Sequence record: MN850592.1
DNA length: 42,379 bases
Direction: 5' to 3' (one strand)
Source: Escherichia phage aldrigsur
Position 1 is the stretch's first letter. Every line of letters begins with the position of its first letter. This document shows positions 9,818 through 18,082 of the stretch, in pieces. A program made the position numbers and the translations under genes. The notes below the pieces were generated by a model. The model was given only the letters and a program-made list of their open reading frames with translations. It ran no database searches and was not told where the DNA came from.

Positions 9818-10236
9818 TACGGTTTCTCCAAATCAATGAAGCGGTACTCCTGAACGTAAGGCCGCACCATATGGGAGTAACCGCACCAACGCACACCCTC
9901 TGAACGGGCCACGTCTTTGAGTACACGGAGGATGGCACGCATCACTCCACGGTTTCTGTACGGGGGCCAGACGTATGAGGCCATAACGACCACCATCTCG
10001 CCCACATGAATATCGAATAACCTGCCGATGTGTGCAACGGCCATGAGGCTGTCGTCATCGTCAGTGATGTAAACGTCAACACAACCGGAGGCGGTGGCCT
10101 CGTACATGCTGTCAACAATCACATCGGGAGATAAGTCTGACCATGGCCGCTCGGCTTGAATGCCTTCGGCCACAGCACGGCGAATGTCGAGTGGCATTGT
10201 CGTGTGTGATGTATTTCCCATAGTAGACACTTTCAT
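9817..10236 (-). CDS. Hypothetical protein, possibly GNAT-like acetyltransferase, 139 aa
   Basis: ATG at 10236 with GGGAGAG SD; weak R-x-x-G motif (YRNRGVMRAIL); function uncertain. Confidence 0.45.
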   Translation of the reverse strand: MKVSTMGNTSHTTMPLDIRRAVAEGIQAERPWSDLSPDVIVDSMYEATASGCVDVYITDDDDSLMAVAHIGRLFDIHVGEMVVVMASYVWPPYRNRGVMRAILRVLKDVARSEGVRWCGYSHMVRPYVQEYRFIDLEKP

Positions 10237-10250
10237 ACCGACAACTCTCC

Positions 10251-10442
10251 CTACAACCCAATGACACGTTCACGGATGAAGTCGATAACATCTTGTTTAC
10301 CAGCTTCTCTGTTAATCAGTGGCAGGTTGGTATCAGGGGTTACAGTCTTACCTACTGCCGCCCAAGTTCCGAAGTGTTTTTCCAGTAGAGCTAACTGAGC
10401 TTTAGTGAACGATACTCTTTCTAATGGAGATTCTTTACCCAT
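10251..10442 (-). CDS. Hypothetical protein, 63 aa
   Basis: ATG preceded by GAGAGG SD; first gene after the RNAP-downstream regulatory region. Confidence 0.45.
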   Translation of the reverse strand: MGKESPLERVSFTKAQLALLEKHFGTWAAVGKTVTPDTNLPLINREAGKQDVIDFIRERVIGL

Positions 10443-10490
10443 TACAATCCTCTCTTAGTGGCAGTAACCCCCGCCACTGACGGGGCTACC

Positions 10491-10526
10491 GGTAGCGTGA
10501 TACATATCACTATAGACACTTTCATA
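10491..10526 (-). promoter_or_regulatory. Composite conserved element (19-bp box TATGAAAGTGTCTATAGTG followed by palindrome TGATAcaTATCA) in the RNAP-downstream intergenic region; candidate phage promoter/operator
   Basis: Near-identical composite found in inverted orientation at 31190..31226; 19-bp box also at 24533..24551 and 10219..10237. Confidence 0.35.
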
Positions 10527-10553
10527 TAAGTCAATGATACATATCACTATTTA

Positions 10554-12986
10554 TCAGCAGAAAAACTTGCTTGATTGTTTCACAAGCTGGATGTCCAGAT
10601 TGCCACGTTCAGGTGGAACAGCATTGTATCTTACCGCAAGTTGTTGAATTGGGTCATGTTGCTCATACATCTGTACGAACTTTTCACGAATGACCTTATG
10701 CAGCAGACCAGCATGTGCCGCCGCAACACCGAACGAGTCATGGATGGATACCATGTACACCCCGTTATTCCACATCTCCCACAGCACCTTCATCATGTGG
10801 CTGGCATCCATGGCGTGTACGAAATTCGGAGCAATCGCAGCCGCACACTTCCGGCTATCCGGCTTGTCCAGATACTCGCGCAGCTTAATGCTGTGGATAC
10901 CCATGAGGTTGATGTTGTTGAGCATCGTCTCCTTGCTGGCTTGGTACAGGTTAACCACCCGCAACCCTGACGGCGCAATGATTTCTACGTACTCCCCGTT
11001 GGCTGCCGCCTCAACCGCGATAGCCTGCAACCATGCCATCAGCTCAGCCGCCTTCGGCACAACACGAGGGATTGCATTCCACATGAACTCTGCGATGAAC
11101 TGCGCACACTCCAGCAGGCTCTTGCCGTCCGGCAGCTTGACCCTGTTCTCACGCAGGTACAGGCAGTAGTAGTCAACCATACCGTGCCGGGTTGCCCCGT
11201 ACACGTAGGTCATCACTGGCTTCTTGGCCATAGCCCGAACGATGCCGATGCTAACAAGCCACGTACCCATCTGCGTCGGCGCTGTCGTCTCACTTTCTTC
11301 AAGAGCCTGCATTGCCGCTGCTGCCGTCTTGAGGTAAATGTCTGCCTTACGTCCGATGCTATTGATAAGATTGACAGCAGCACCGCCAACTTCATCTCGT
11401 AGCATGGCCGACAGGTGTTGTAGTCCTGAACATGTAGCGTCCCATTGTGTAACCACTCGGCAGGGATAAGTCTCAGGACTTCCTGAGTCGATAGCTCGAA
11501 TGAGTTCAACAGATGCAGCCCACGCGCTGACAGGGCTATCGGCCTCTGACCAGAACGAATCAAATGCCTCTGGAAGACGGCACGCCTCACGTAGTCGGGG
11601 GAGTGTTTTGTCCGTCCACGCTGCCCGGTCTTCGAAGTCTGTTGCGTCGTAGCCGAAGCAATTCGCAACATGTACCTTGAGCCAGAACAGCCCCTCACTT
11701 CCGAGAGCCACTGGTTCAGCAAGTTCGAGCAGCGCTCGCACTGCGTCGATGGACTGAGGGTTAAGGGTCGAAGAATAATAAATTCGGCCCCGTGTATCAG
11801 CGTAGGTCGGGAGGTATACCCTGTCATAATGCGCATAGCGCTCTGCCTCTTTGACTGCACCATTCAGCGCCAGCATCTGCGACGTGAACTTACGCAACTC
11901 ATTGTAATACAAGCGAGTCTTAACCTTGTACTCATGAGCCTCGGCATCCATCTGCTGCTGCATCTCTGGTGGGAACTTGCTGATGTACTGCGCGAAGCTG
12001 ACACCAGCCGGGATGGTGAATGGGAGCTTAGGCTCACGAGGCGGCACAGGCAGCCCCATAACGCCTGTACGGTTCGTTCTCAGGAACTCCAGTACCATTG
12101 GGTTAATTCGGTACGGAACGCTGCTGAGCATCATACACGGCTCTATAACAGGGGTCGGGTCAACGTTCAATGCACGATACCCTTTGTGGTTCATGCGACT
12201 CATTACCCGGTACATCGCCGCCTGCCCATCCGAGTGCCACATACCGCTGCGACCGTTCGGTGCAATCTGCTTCGGCGGGATAATCAACGGTGGGCAGCAC
12301 ATGCCATCAGCACGCGGCATGTCCAGCCAGTCGTTCATCGTAGCCAGCACATCCTCATGCAGTGCGAAGTGTGCCGTACCGCGCTGACGTTGGTTGCCGC
12401 CGACGCGAATCGTAGCCACCAACCCAGTTGGCTCCACGCACTTCATCATCAGCTTACCAATGGTAATCAGAGCACGCTGTGGCAGCACGTCAATCTCTAC
12501 CCCAACGTTCGCCGCCGACGCACGAGCTTTGTTGTAGACGTGGTTGGCCGACTTCGACCGGGACTTCTTAACGTCCTGCTTCACGCGCTCCATGTACGCT
12601 GCCTGCTGTGGCCCGGTCTGCTTCGCCCGGAGATACACCACCTCAGCCATCAGCGCTTTACCCATACTCTTGAGCAGACTCAGTACCGCCTGCTCCGACG
12701 CAGCACCGGACACCGCCATGCTCAATGCAAGAGAAGCACACGCCTTGGTGCCAATCTCACGCATGTACGTCCGGTACTGCGCACCGTACCCACGGGTCGT
12801 TTCGTTCAGGGTTTCTTGCATCGCAGCTTCGACAAGAGGATACGCCTCTACCATCATACGCTGGAGCAACGGCACCGACCCGGCCCGGCCACTGGCCATG
12901 GCTTCTTTGATATTGTCCAGCCAGCCCTCGCGGTGTCTGGCTCGTGCTTCTTCTTCAAGTCGAATCTGCTCAGCAAGTAAGTCCAC
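10554..12986 (-). CDS. Single-subunit DNA-dependent RNA polymerase (T7 gp1-like), 810 aa
   Basis: Recognisable T7 RNAP motifs: CSGLQHLSAMLRDEVGG (T7 CSGIQHFSAMLRDEVGG), FVHAMDASH, SIHDSFG. Confidence 0.95.
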   Translation of the reverse strand: MDLLAEQIRLEEEARARHREGWLDNIKEAMASGRAGSVPLLQRMMVEAYPLVEAAMQETLNETTRGYGAQYRTYMREIGTKACASLALSMAVSGAASEQAVLSLLKSMGKALMAEVVYLRAKQTGPQQAAYMERVKQDVKKSRSKSANHVYNKARASAANVGVEIDVLPQRALITIGKLMMKCVEPTGLVATIRVGGNQRQRGTAHFALHEDVLATMNDWLDMPRADGMCCPPLIIPPKQIAPNGRSGMWHSDGQAAMYRVMSRMNHKGYRALNVDPTPVIEPCMMLSSVPYRINPMVLEFLRTNRTGVMGLPVPPREPKLPFTIPAGVSFAQYISKFPPEMQQQMDAEAHEYKVKTRLYYNELRKFTSQMLALNGAVKEAERYAHYDRVYLPTYADTRGRIYYSSTLNPQSIDAVRALLELAEPVALGSEGLFWLKVHVANCFGYDATDFEDRAAWTDKTLPRLREACRLPEAFDSFWSEADSPVSAWAASVELIRAIDSGSPETYPCRVVTQWDATCSGLQHLSAMLRDEVGGAAVNLINSIGRKADIYLKTAAAAMQALEESETTAPTQMGTWLVSIGIVRAMAKKPVMTYVYGATRHGMVDYYCLYLRENRVKLPDGKSLLECAQFIAEFMWNAIPRVVPKAAELMAWLQAIAVEAAANGEYVEIIAPSGLRVVNLYQASKETMLNNINLMGIHSIKLREYLDKPDSRKCAAAIAPNFVHAMDASHMMKVLWEMWNNGVYMVSIHDSFGVAAAHAGLLHKVIREKFVQMYEQHDPIQQLAVRYNAVPPERGNLDIQLVKQSSKFFC

Positions 12987-12988
12987 AA

Positions 12989-13294
12989 CTACTCCTTAAT
13001 TTGTCCAGCCAACCGCTCAACCTCAGCCGCATCGTCTTGAAATTCTTCGACAATACCAACGCCGTAGGTAGGTTTATCGTAACCGGGTTGCGCCTGATTA
13101 CGCTGCCCTAAGTCTGCCAGCACCTCGTGTTGGAGCGTGCTGTTATTCGTACCCGTACCGCCGCAGGCTTCGCAGTCCATCAGGACTACCTGCCCACCAA
13201 TTAACATGCCCCGGTAGGTGCCACTCCCATGGCACGCACCGCACACATTCTTGTCTACCGCTGTGTCATCGACAGCTCTCTGATAACGACTCAT
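12989..13294 (-). CDS. Small DnaJ-type zinc-finger protein (two CxxCxGxG motifs), ~101 aa
   Basis: CGACHGSG and CEACGGTG motifs; preferred ATG at 13294 with AGGGGA SD (ORF track gives 12989..13354). Confidence 0.55.
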   Translation of the reverse strand: MSRYQRAVDDTAVDKNVCGACHGSGTYRGMLIGGQVVLMDCEACGGTGTNNSTLQHEVLADLGQRNQAQPGYDKPTYGVGIVEEFQDDAAEVERLAGQIKE

Positions 13295-13302
13295 ACAATC
13301 CC

Positions 13303-13482
13303 CTACGCCAGATAGCAGATGAACCAAGTTGGCAGTACAGCCAACAGTACCCACACAACGAAACCAGCAGAGCCAGCCCGTGTCGGGTAGTGCGTCAAGT
13401 TGTAAGACTTACACGCGCTGAGGGTGGCCAGTGTAAAGTACACGAACCAGAACAAAGCAATCACATAAAGTAAAGCACTCAT
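13303..13482 (-). CDS. Small membrane protein (two predicted TM helices), ~59 aa
   Basis: Hydrophobic segments; ATG at 13482 with AAGGAAAA SD, ATGA overlap with upstream stop (ORF track 13303..13527). Confidence 0.45.
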   Translation of the reverse strand: MSALLYVIALFWFVYFTLATLSACKSYNLTHYPTRAGSAGFVVWVLLAVLPTWFICYLA

Positions 13483-14063
13483 TTCGTTTTCCTTAAAGCA
13501 AGTTCCAGAATGAACAGCGCATTGCAAGCAGCGTGCGCCAGATGGTGCAGATTGGATTCCGGGTCAGTCTCCTCACCCTTACCCACTGCGGTCAGGTGAC
13601 GAAGCAGCGCTGACTTGTAACGTTCCTCACCTTCCGGCACGGTCTGCCACGAGTGAGCCGCGTACTTCTGAGCGCCGAAGGTTAGCACGCTGGCTACAGC
13701 TTCCAGCGCATTCGGGCAGCCGTCGAACAGCAGAGCCATGCGAGGCTTGTCGCCGTCGAACTTCATACCGCCCGGCCCACCAACACCCTGACCAATGGCC
13801 ACGGCCACCTCAACATCAGAGGCCGGGTCATATGGGTCGTTCTCAATGAACGCAGTCTGGACTGGCTGTACCTCATAAGGCTCCAGTACCAGATGTTCCG
13901 TCCTGCCGTCCCAAACGCAGGTGTAATAATCCCTGCTGTCGTTAGGTACATCATAGGGTTCATCGTACGTCAGGATGATACCGTTGTCCCGCATAGCGTT
14001 GAGCCGTGGGCTTTGGTAGTCTCGGTTAATATCCAGACAGAACTTGTCACCACGTTTACTCAT
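13479..14063 (-). CDS. Hypothetical protein, possibly nucleotide pyrophosphohydrolase (MazG/dNTP diphosphohydrolase-like), ~194 aa
   Basis: Alpha-helical C-terminal half with K..R...Y/W pattern reminiscent of phage dNTP pyrophosphohydrolases (weak, from memory); start at 14063 with GGAG SD (ORF track 13479..14105). Confidence 0.4.
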   Translation of the reverse strand: MSKRGDKFCLDINRDYQSPRLNAMRDNGIILTYDEPYDVPNDSRDYYTCVWDGRTEHLVLEPYEVQPVQTAFIENDPYDPASDVEVAVAIGQGVGGPGGMKFDGDKPRMALLFDGCPNALEAVASVLTFGAQKYAAHSWQTVPEGEERYKSALLRHLTAVGKGEETDPESNLHHLAHAACNALFILELALRKTK

Positions 14064-14559
14064 CTTTGTCTCCATCGTATTTGGCATTGGCGTGGACGTA
14101 TTCATGGTTGTCCTCGTACCGGGTCACTTCATACACTGTGATGCCGAGGCTTCGCATGAAGTCCACGATGTGCGGCAGGTCATCGAAAGCACACACGATG
14201 TTCTCGATACCAATATCCTCCAGAGCGGATAGCTTCATCTCTGTGTCCTTACGGCAGTCACCAATCTCTCTCATGATTAGCTTGTCGTAAACAACGCCAG
14301 CTTCGTCGAGCCACTGCTCTGTTACTTCACGGGCCACGGCCCCGCGTCCAGTCAGGATGACAATGCGATACGTGAGGGCCAGAGCGTTCACAATGTCAAT
14401 CGTATCCTGAAACGCAGGGTCGTCAGCGCCAGCCAAGTTGAACTCGGCCCACGCTTCGTCAAGGTGCCGACGCTCCGGTGGAGGCAGCAGGTGCAAACGC
14501 CAGCGGCCATCGGCCAGCGTACCATCAAGGTCTACTACTACGGTGTCTTTCATGTGCAT
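14056..14559 (-). CDS. HAD-superfamily phosphatase (polynucleotide 3'-phosphatase/nucleotidase-like), ~167 aa
   Basis: HAD motif I VVVDLDGTLADG near N-terminus, later ILTGR and FDD motifs; ATG at 14559 with GAGGAAG SD (ORF track 14056..14724). Confidence 0.65.
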   Translation of the reverse strand: MHMKDTVVVDLDGTLADGRWRLHLLPPPERRHLDEAWAEFNLAGADDPAFQDTIDIVNALALTYRIVILTGRGAVAREVTEQWLDEAGVVYDKLIMREIGDCRKDTEMKLSALEDIGIENIVCAFDDLPHIVDFMRSLGITVYEVTRYEDNHEYVHANAKYDGDKDE

Positions 14560-14749
14560 CGTGTGCTTCCTCAAGAGCAAAGATAATGTCTCGGACGTAC
14601 GCCCAAGGCAACCAGACTTCCTCACCGTCCTGAGAAATGCAGACGGTGCCATCTTTGTACAGCTCAACCTGAGTGTTGGCCTCCCACTCAATCGAGAGGC
14701 CATCTTCTTTAAGCTGTACCACATCTTCTTGGTACAGGGTTCGTGTCAC
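14525..14749 (-). CDS. Hypothetical acidic protein, 74 aa
   Basis: ORF with ATGA overlap to upstream gene stop; overlaps HAD start by ~35 nt. Confidence 0.4.
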   Translation of the reverse strand: MTRTLYQEDVVQLKEDGLSIEWEANTQVELYKDGTVCISQDGEEVWLPWAYVRDIIFALEEAHDAHERHRSSRP

Positions 14750-15873
14750 TCTAACATCTCCGGGCTAATCGTGAATCGTGCAACCTCACCGTACCGGGTA
14801 TGGTACGTAATCACGCTCGCGCTGCGCTCGCTCAGCCAACCACCACGAGAAGCATAGGCATCCTTCGCCGCCAGCGTACGGTGCTGCTCGACAACCATGA
14901 CACCGGACTCCAGTACCTTCTTGTGATGCAGGTGGCCAACGTGTGCATAAGCATGTTTGGTTCGGCCATACACTTCGCGGAACTTGGCGACCAGTACAGT
15001 CTCCAGTTGTTCTGCCTTGCGCTTGTGACCATGGTGGAAGAACAGTGCCGTCTCGCCATGCTCATAGCAGTAGTACGGGTCAGGGCTGCGGTCAACAGTA
15101 ACACGCGGCTCGTCGGCGTACAGTACATGCAGCAGCTCACGCATCCAGATAGAGCTGGCCATGTCGTGGTTGCCCTCGGCACACACTACGTGAACCTGCG
15201 GGAACTTCTCCAGCAGCATACCAATGATGCGGCGCTGCGCCCGGATAGCTACACGCACCAGCTTCTGGAATCGCGTGTCGGCATCCAGCACATGACCACT
15301 CGACGGCGTTACTGCATCCAACCCATCCCAGTGCAGGAAGTCACCGAGCTGTCCGAAGATAGCAACCTGAGCTGGCGGCGCACTGTCGATGGCGGCGGCG
15401 AACCACTTGACCAGCAGGTCTTCCGCAATCTTCATATCCCAGTCGTCGCCAGTCTCCTCAGCCCACGCCAGCATACCGAGGTGGTAGTCAGTCAGGACGA
15501 ACAGGTTAAGCAAATCGGCTGGCGCTGTGCGACCTGCATACAAGCGCGGCGGCTCCGGCACGATGCTCTCACTGATTGCATCAACTGCTGCCTGTAGCAT
15601 AGCCAGCTCTTGCTCACGGTCGAGCGCAGTCTTCACCCACTGCATGACAACGTTGCCGTCCTTATCGTACAGCGTGGACGTACCCTTGACTGCATACGGC
15701 TCCGGTACTTCCTTCGTCATGTCGTGCTCAGGACTCCAGCCGCTCTTGGCAAGCTGGCGCTTCCGGTATCGGATGGCACTCTCGGTCATGTCGTGCTTAT
15801 CCGCAATGGCTTTGGTGCCAAGCCCTTCGGCAATGTCTTCTTTGAGTTGGTGATTCGTTAACTTGGTCATCAT
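14746..15873 (-). CDS. Calcineurin-like metallophosphoesterase with N-terminal helix-turn-helix domain, 375 aa
   Basis: Phosphoesterase motifs GDFLH, GNHD, GHLHH; N-terminal HTH-like GLGTKAIADKHDMTESAIRYRKRQL. Confidence 0.7.
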   Translation of the reverse strand: MMTKLTNHQLKEDIAEGLGTKAIADKHDMTESAIRYRKRQLAKSGWSPEHDMTKEVPEPYAVKGTSTLYDKDGNVVMQWVKTALDREQELAMLQAAVDAISESIVPEPPRLYAGRTAPADLLNLFVLTDYHLGMLAWAEETGDDWDMKIAEDLLVKWFAAAIDSAPPAQVAIFGQLGDFLHWDGLDAVTPSSGHVLDADTRFQKLVRVAIRAQRRIIGMLLEKFPQVHVVCAEGNHDMASSIWMRELLHVLYADEPRVTVDRSPDPYYCYEHGETALFFHHGHKRKAEQLETVLVAKFREVYGRTKHAYAHVGHLHHKKVLESGVMVVEQHRTLAAKDAYASRGGWLSERSASVITYHTRYGEVARFTISPEMLE

Positions 15874-16250
15874 TTCCCCTTAGTCAATAAGGCTCGCGCT
15901 TTCGCGGCTGCTGCCTTCTTACGTCTGTCGGCTACTGCCGCCTTCTTCTCTGCCTCGGTCTTGTGCGTTGGGTACATCAGACCAGTGTGTTGCTTACGTC
16001 GCCACTCGATAGCGCTGTCCAGCCAATCATCCACAGTGCGCTGGCGCTTCGCTCGGTTGGCAGAGTTCTCTACCTTGCCGAGCTGAGCATTGCACCAGCG
16101 ACAGATGACCCCGCGAATCTCCCCACTCACATGGTCGTGGTCAACAACCATGAGCTTGAGGTCTACCATCGGCTCGTTACAGAGTGGGCAAGGACAGCCC
16201 ATCGCATTCTTCCGCATCTGCAACAAGGTCGCGCCAGTCACTTTCCGCAT
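15870..16250 (-). CDS. Endonuclease VII-like Holliday-junction resolvase, ~126 aa
   Basis: CPLC...DHDH...GEIRGVICRWCN matches T4 endo VII pattern (CxxC...HLDHDH...RGLLCNLCN); start uncertain (GTG 16262 / ATG 16250 / ATG 16202). Confidence 0.75.
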   Translation of the reverse strand: MRKVTGATLLQMRKNAMGCPCPLCNEPMVDLKLMVVDHDHVSGEIRGVICRWCNAQLGKVENSANRAKRQRTVDDWLDSAIEWRRKQHTGLMYPTHKTEAEKKAAVADRRKKAAAAKARALLTKGK

Positions 16251-17151
16251 ACCATTCCTCACTCAATTTCTTATGCAACCAGATACGCAGCTCCTTGCTC
16301 AAGGTCAGCGTATTCAAGTGAGCTGCGAATGAGTAGGTCGGCGTGCGGTACAGCCACAGAGCAACAGCCTCCGGCCATGGGTTCTGGTCACGCACCATGT
16401 ATTCTCTCAGCACCAGCTCAGCCACTACCGACTCGTCATCAGTTTCCTGATACTCGTTCAACATATTGTAAGCTGCCTGCTTGCCAAGTTTCTTGACACC
16501 AGCGATGTTGTCTGCCGTGTCACCCATCAGCATCTGCGCCCAAAAGAATATCGGGCCGTGGCCAATGAGCGACTTGTCACTCTTGGTTTCATGCCACCAC
16601 AATGTGCCGATACCTTTGCATGGCTCCAGCACCTTGTTGTCATACGGGTCAAGGAACCTGCCCGGCCAGCAGCGCAGGTCTTTATCCGCACTGTAGATGA
16701 CAGCATCCTCCAGCCCAATCGTCCACGCATCCATGATTAAGGTGTCGTCTGCCTCGAACTCAAAGTTCAGGTGGACGTACCAGTCCTCACCATCGGGAAC
16801 GTTGAACATGTTCCGGCCAATCGCCTTACGCAACGGCTCAACCAGACCGGGCTTTCTGTCCTTGTCTCGGTTGCCTTGGTACGGCTTGACACCGCGCAGC
16901 TTGTACCGACCAGCCTTGCTACACTCGGCAGCGGTCAGCTCGATACGCACAGACTGGGCGGCGGCCAAGAACTTAGCAGTCAGCACCCCTGAGCAGAAGC
17001 GCGTCTTTGCTGTCTCAATGTTCTTCGTGGTTGCCGCCGCGACGTAGACCGTGGAGTCAGCATCGCACAGCAGGATACGACCAGACACGTAACCATCAAA
17101 CTGGTCATCAAGTTCCTCGGCGTTGTGGAGTAGACGTTTCAATCTGCTCAT
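16177..17151 (-). CDS. 5'-3' exonuclease (T7 gp6 / FEN-like), ~324 aa
   Basis: GDTADNIAGV H3TH motif, acidic clusters; ATG at 17151 with GGGGGA SD (ORF track starts at GTG 17169). Confidence 0.8.
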   Translation of the reverse strand: MSRLKRLLHNAEELDDQFDGYVSGRILLCDADSTVYVAAATTKNIETAKTRFCSGVLTAKFLAAAQSVRIELTAAECSKAGRYKLRGVKPYQGNRDKDRKPGLVEPLRKAIGRNMFNVPDGEDWYVHLNFEFEADDTLIMDAWTIGLEDAVIYSADKDLRCWPGRFLDPYDNKVLEPCKGIGTLWWHETKSDKSLIGHGPIFFWAQMLMGDTADNIAGVKKLGKQAAYNMLNEYQETDDESVVAELVLREYMVRDQNPWPEAVALWLYRTPTYSFAAHLNTLTLSKELRIWLHKKLSEEWYAESDWRDLVADAEECDGLSLPTL

Positions 17152-17188
17152 TGGTTTCCCCCGTGGCACATCCCTGTGCCTGCGTCAG

Positions 17189-18082
17189 TTACAGACTCGG
17201 CAGCCCGAAGTCAGCGTCACCAGTTACGTCCGGCTCTTTGGTGCTGGTCTTGTCAGCAGCGCCAGCCGTCTCCAGCTCCTTCACTTCTTCCTTGACCTCG
17301 GCCACTTCCTCCGGCGCACCCACGTCACCCAGCTCCGGCAGCTCAGCGATTGCAGAGCCAGCACCTGCACCATTCAGCAGCAGGTCAAGCGGAGAGCCGG
17401 GGAACTCTGGAGATTCCAGCAGCTTATCCTGAATCCAGTTCTTGGATTTGCCATCGTCGTTCTTACCTTCGATGTACAGGGATTCCCAGTCTTCCTTGGT
17501 CGGACGGTTCCACAGGAACAGCTTGAACAGCGTCTCGTCCTCAACCTCCGGCACCGGGTACGGCTGGTCAGTCACCGGGTCAACCGCGAGCATGATGTTC
17601 TCAAGGTCAATGTTGGCGTACACCTTCTTGTTCTCGCCCTCGCCCGATTCGTTGTGGATAATCGGAACGATGAAGGTGTGGTTCAGAAGCTGCGCGAAGT
17701 GCTTCGCAGTCTTGTCCGGGTTCATACGCTTGAACAGTTTGTATGCGCCGGACTTGCTGTTGAGGTCTTTCTTCACAGCGATGAACTGCGTGCGCACCTT
17801 GCCCGGCACCATCTTACCATTGACAACTTCGTGGTAAGTCTCGCCGTTCTTGGCCTTGCCCCACAGCGCGAACTGGAGGAAGAACTTATTGACAGGCGGC
17901 TTGTCCGGTGCCTGCTTGGTTACGCTCGGCCCCACTTCAATGTAGCCAACCAGACGTGCCAGTGCCTTACCTTCCGGCAGCAGCTTACCACCACCAGACG
18001 TGGCTTCGTTAAAGTCAAGTTCTTCCTCGTCAACGTACTGTTCGACGATGGAGTTCATGCGGTTCAATACAGATGCGGTCAT
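17189..18082 (-). CDS. Hypothetical protein with acidic C-terminal tail (ssDNA-binding protein candidate), 297 aa
   Basis: Position between DNA polymerase and exonuclease; acidic tail ...DVTGDADFGLPSL. Confidence 0.5.
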   Translation of the reverse strand: MTASVLNRMNSIVEQYVDEEELDFNEATSGGGKLLPEGKALARLVGYIEVGPSVTKQAPDKPPVNKFFLQFALWGKAKNGETYHEVVNGKMVPGKVRTQFIAVKKDLNSKSGAYKLFKRMNPDKTAKHFAQLLNHTFIVPIIHNESGEGENKKVYANIDLENIMLAVDPVTDQPYPVPEVEDETLFKLFLWNRPTKEDWESLYIEGKNDDGKSKNWIQDKLLESPEFPGSPLDLLLNGAGAGSAIAELPELGDVGAPEEVAEVKEEVKELETAGAADKTSTKEPDVTGDADFGLPSL

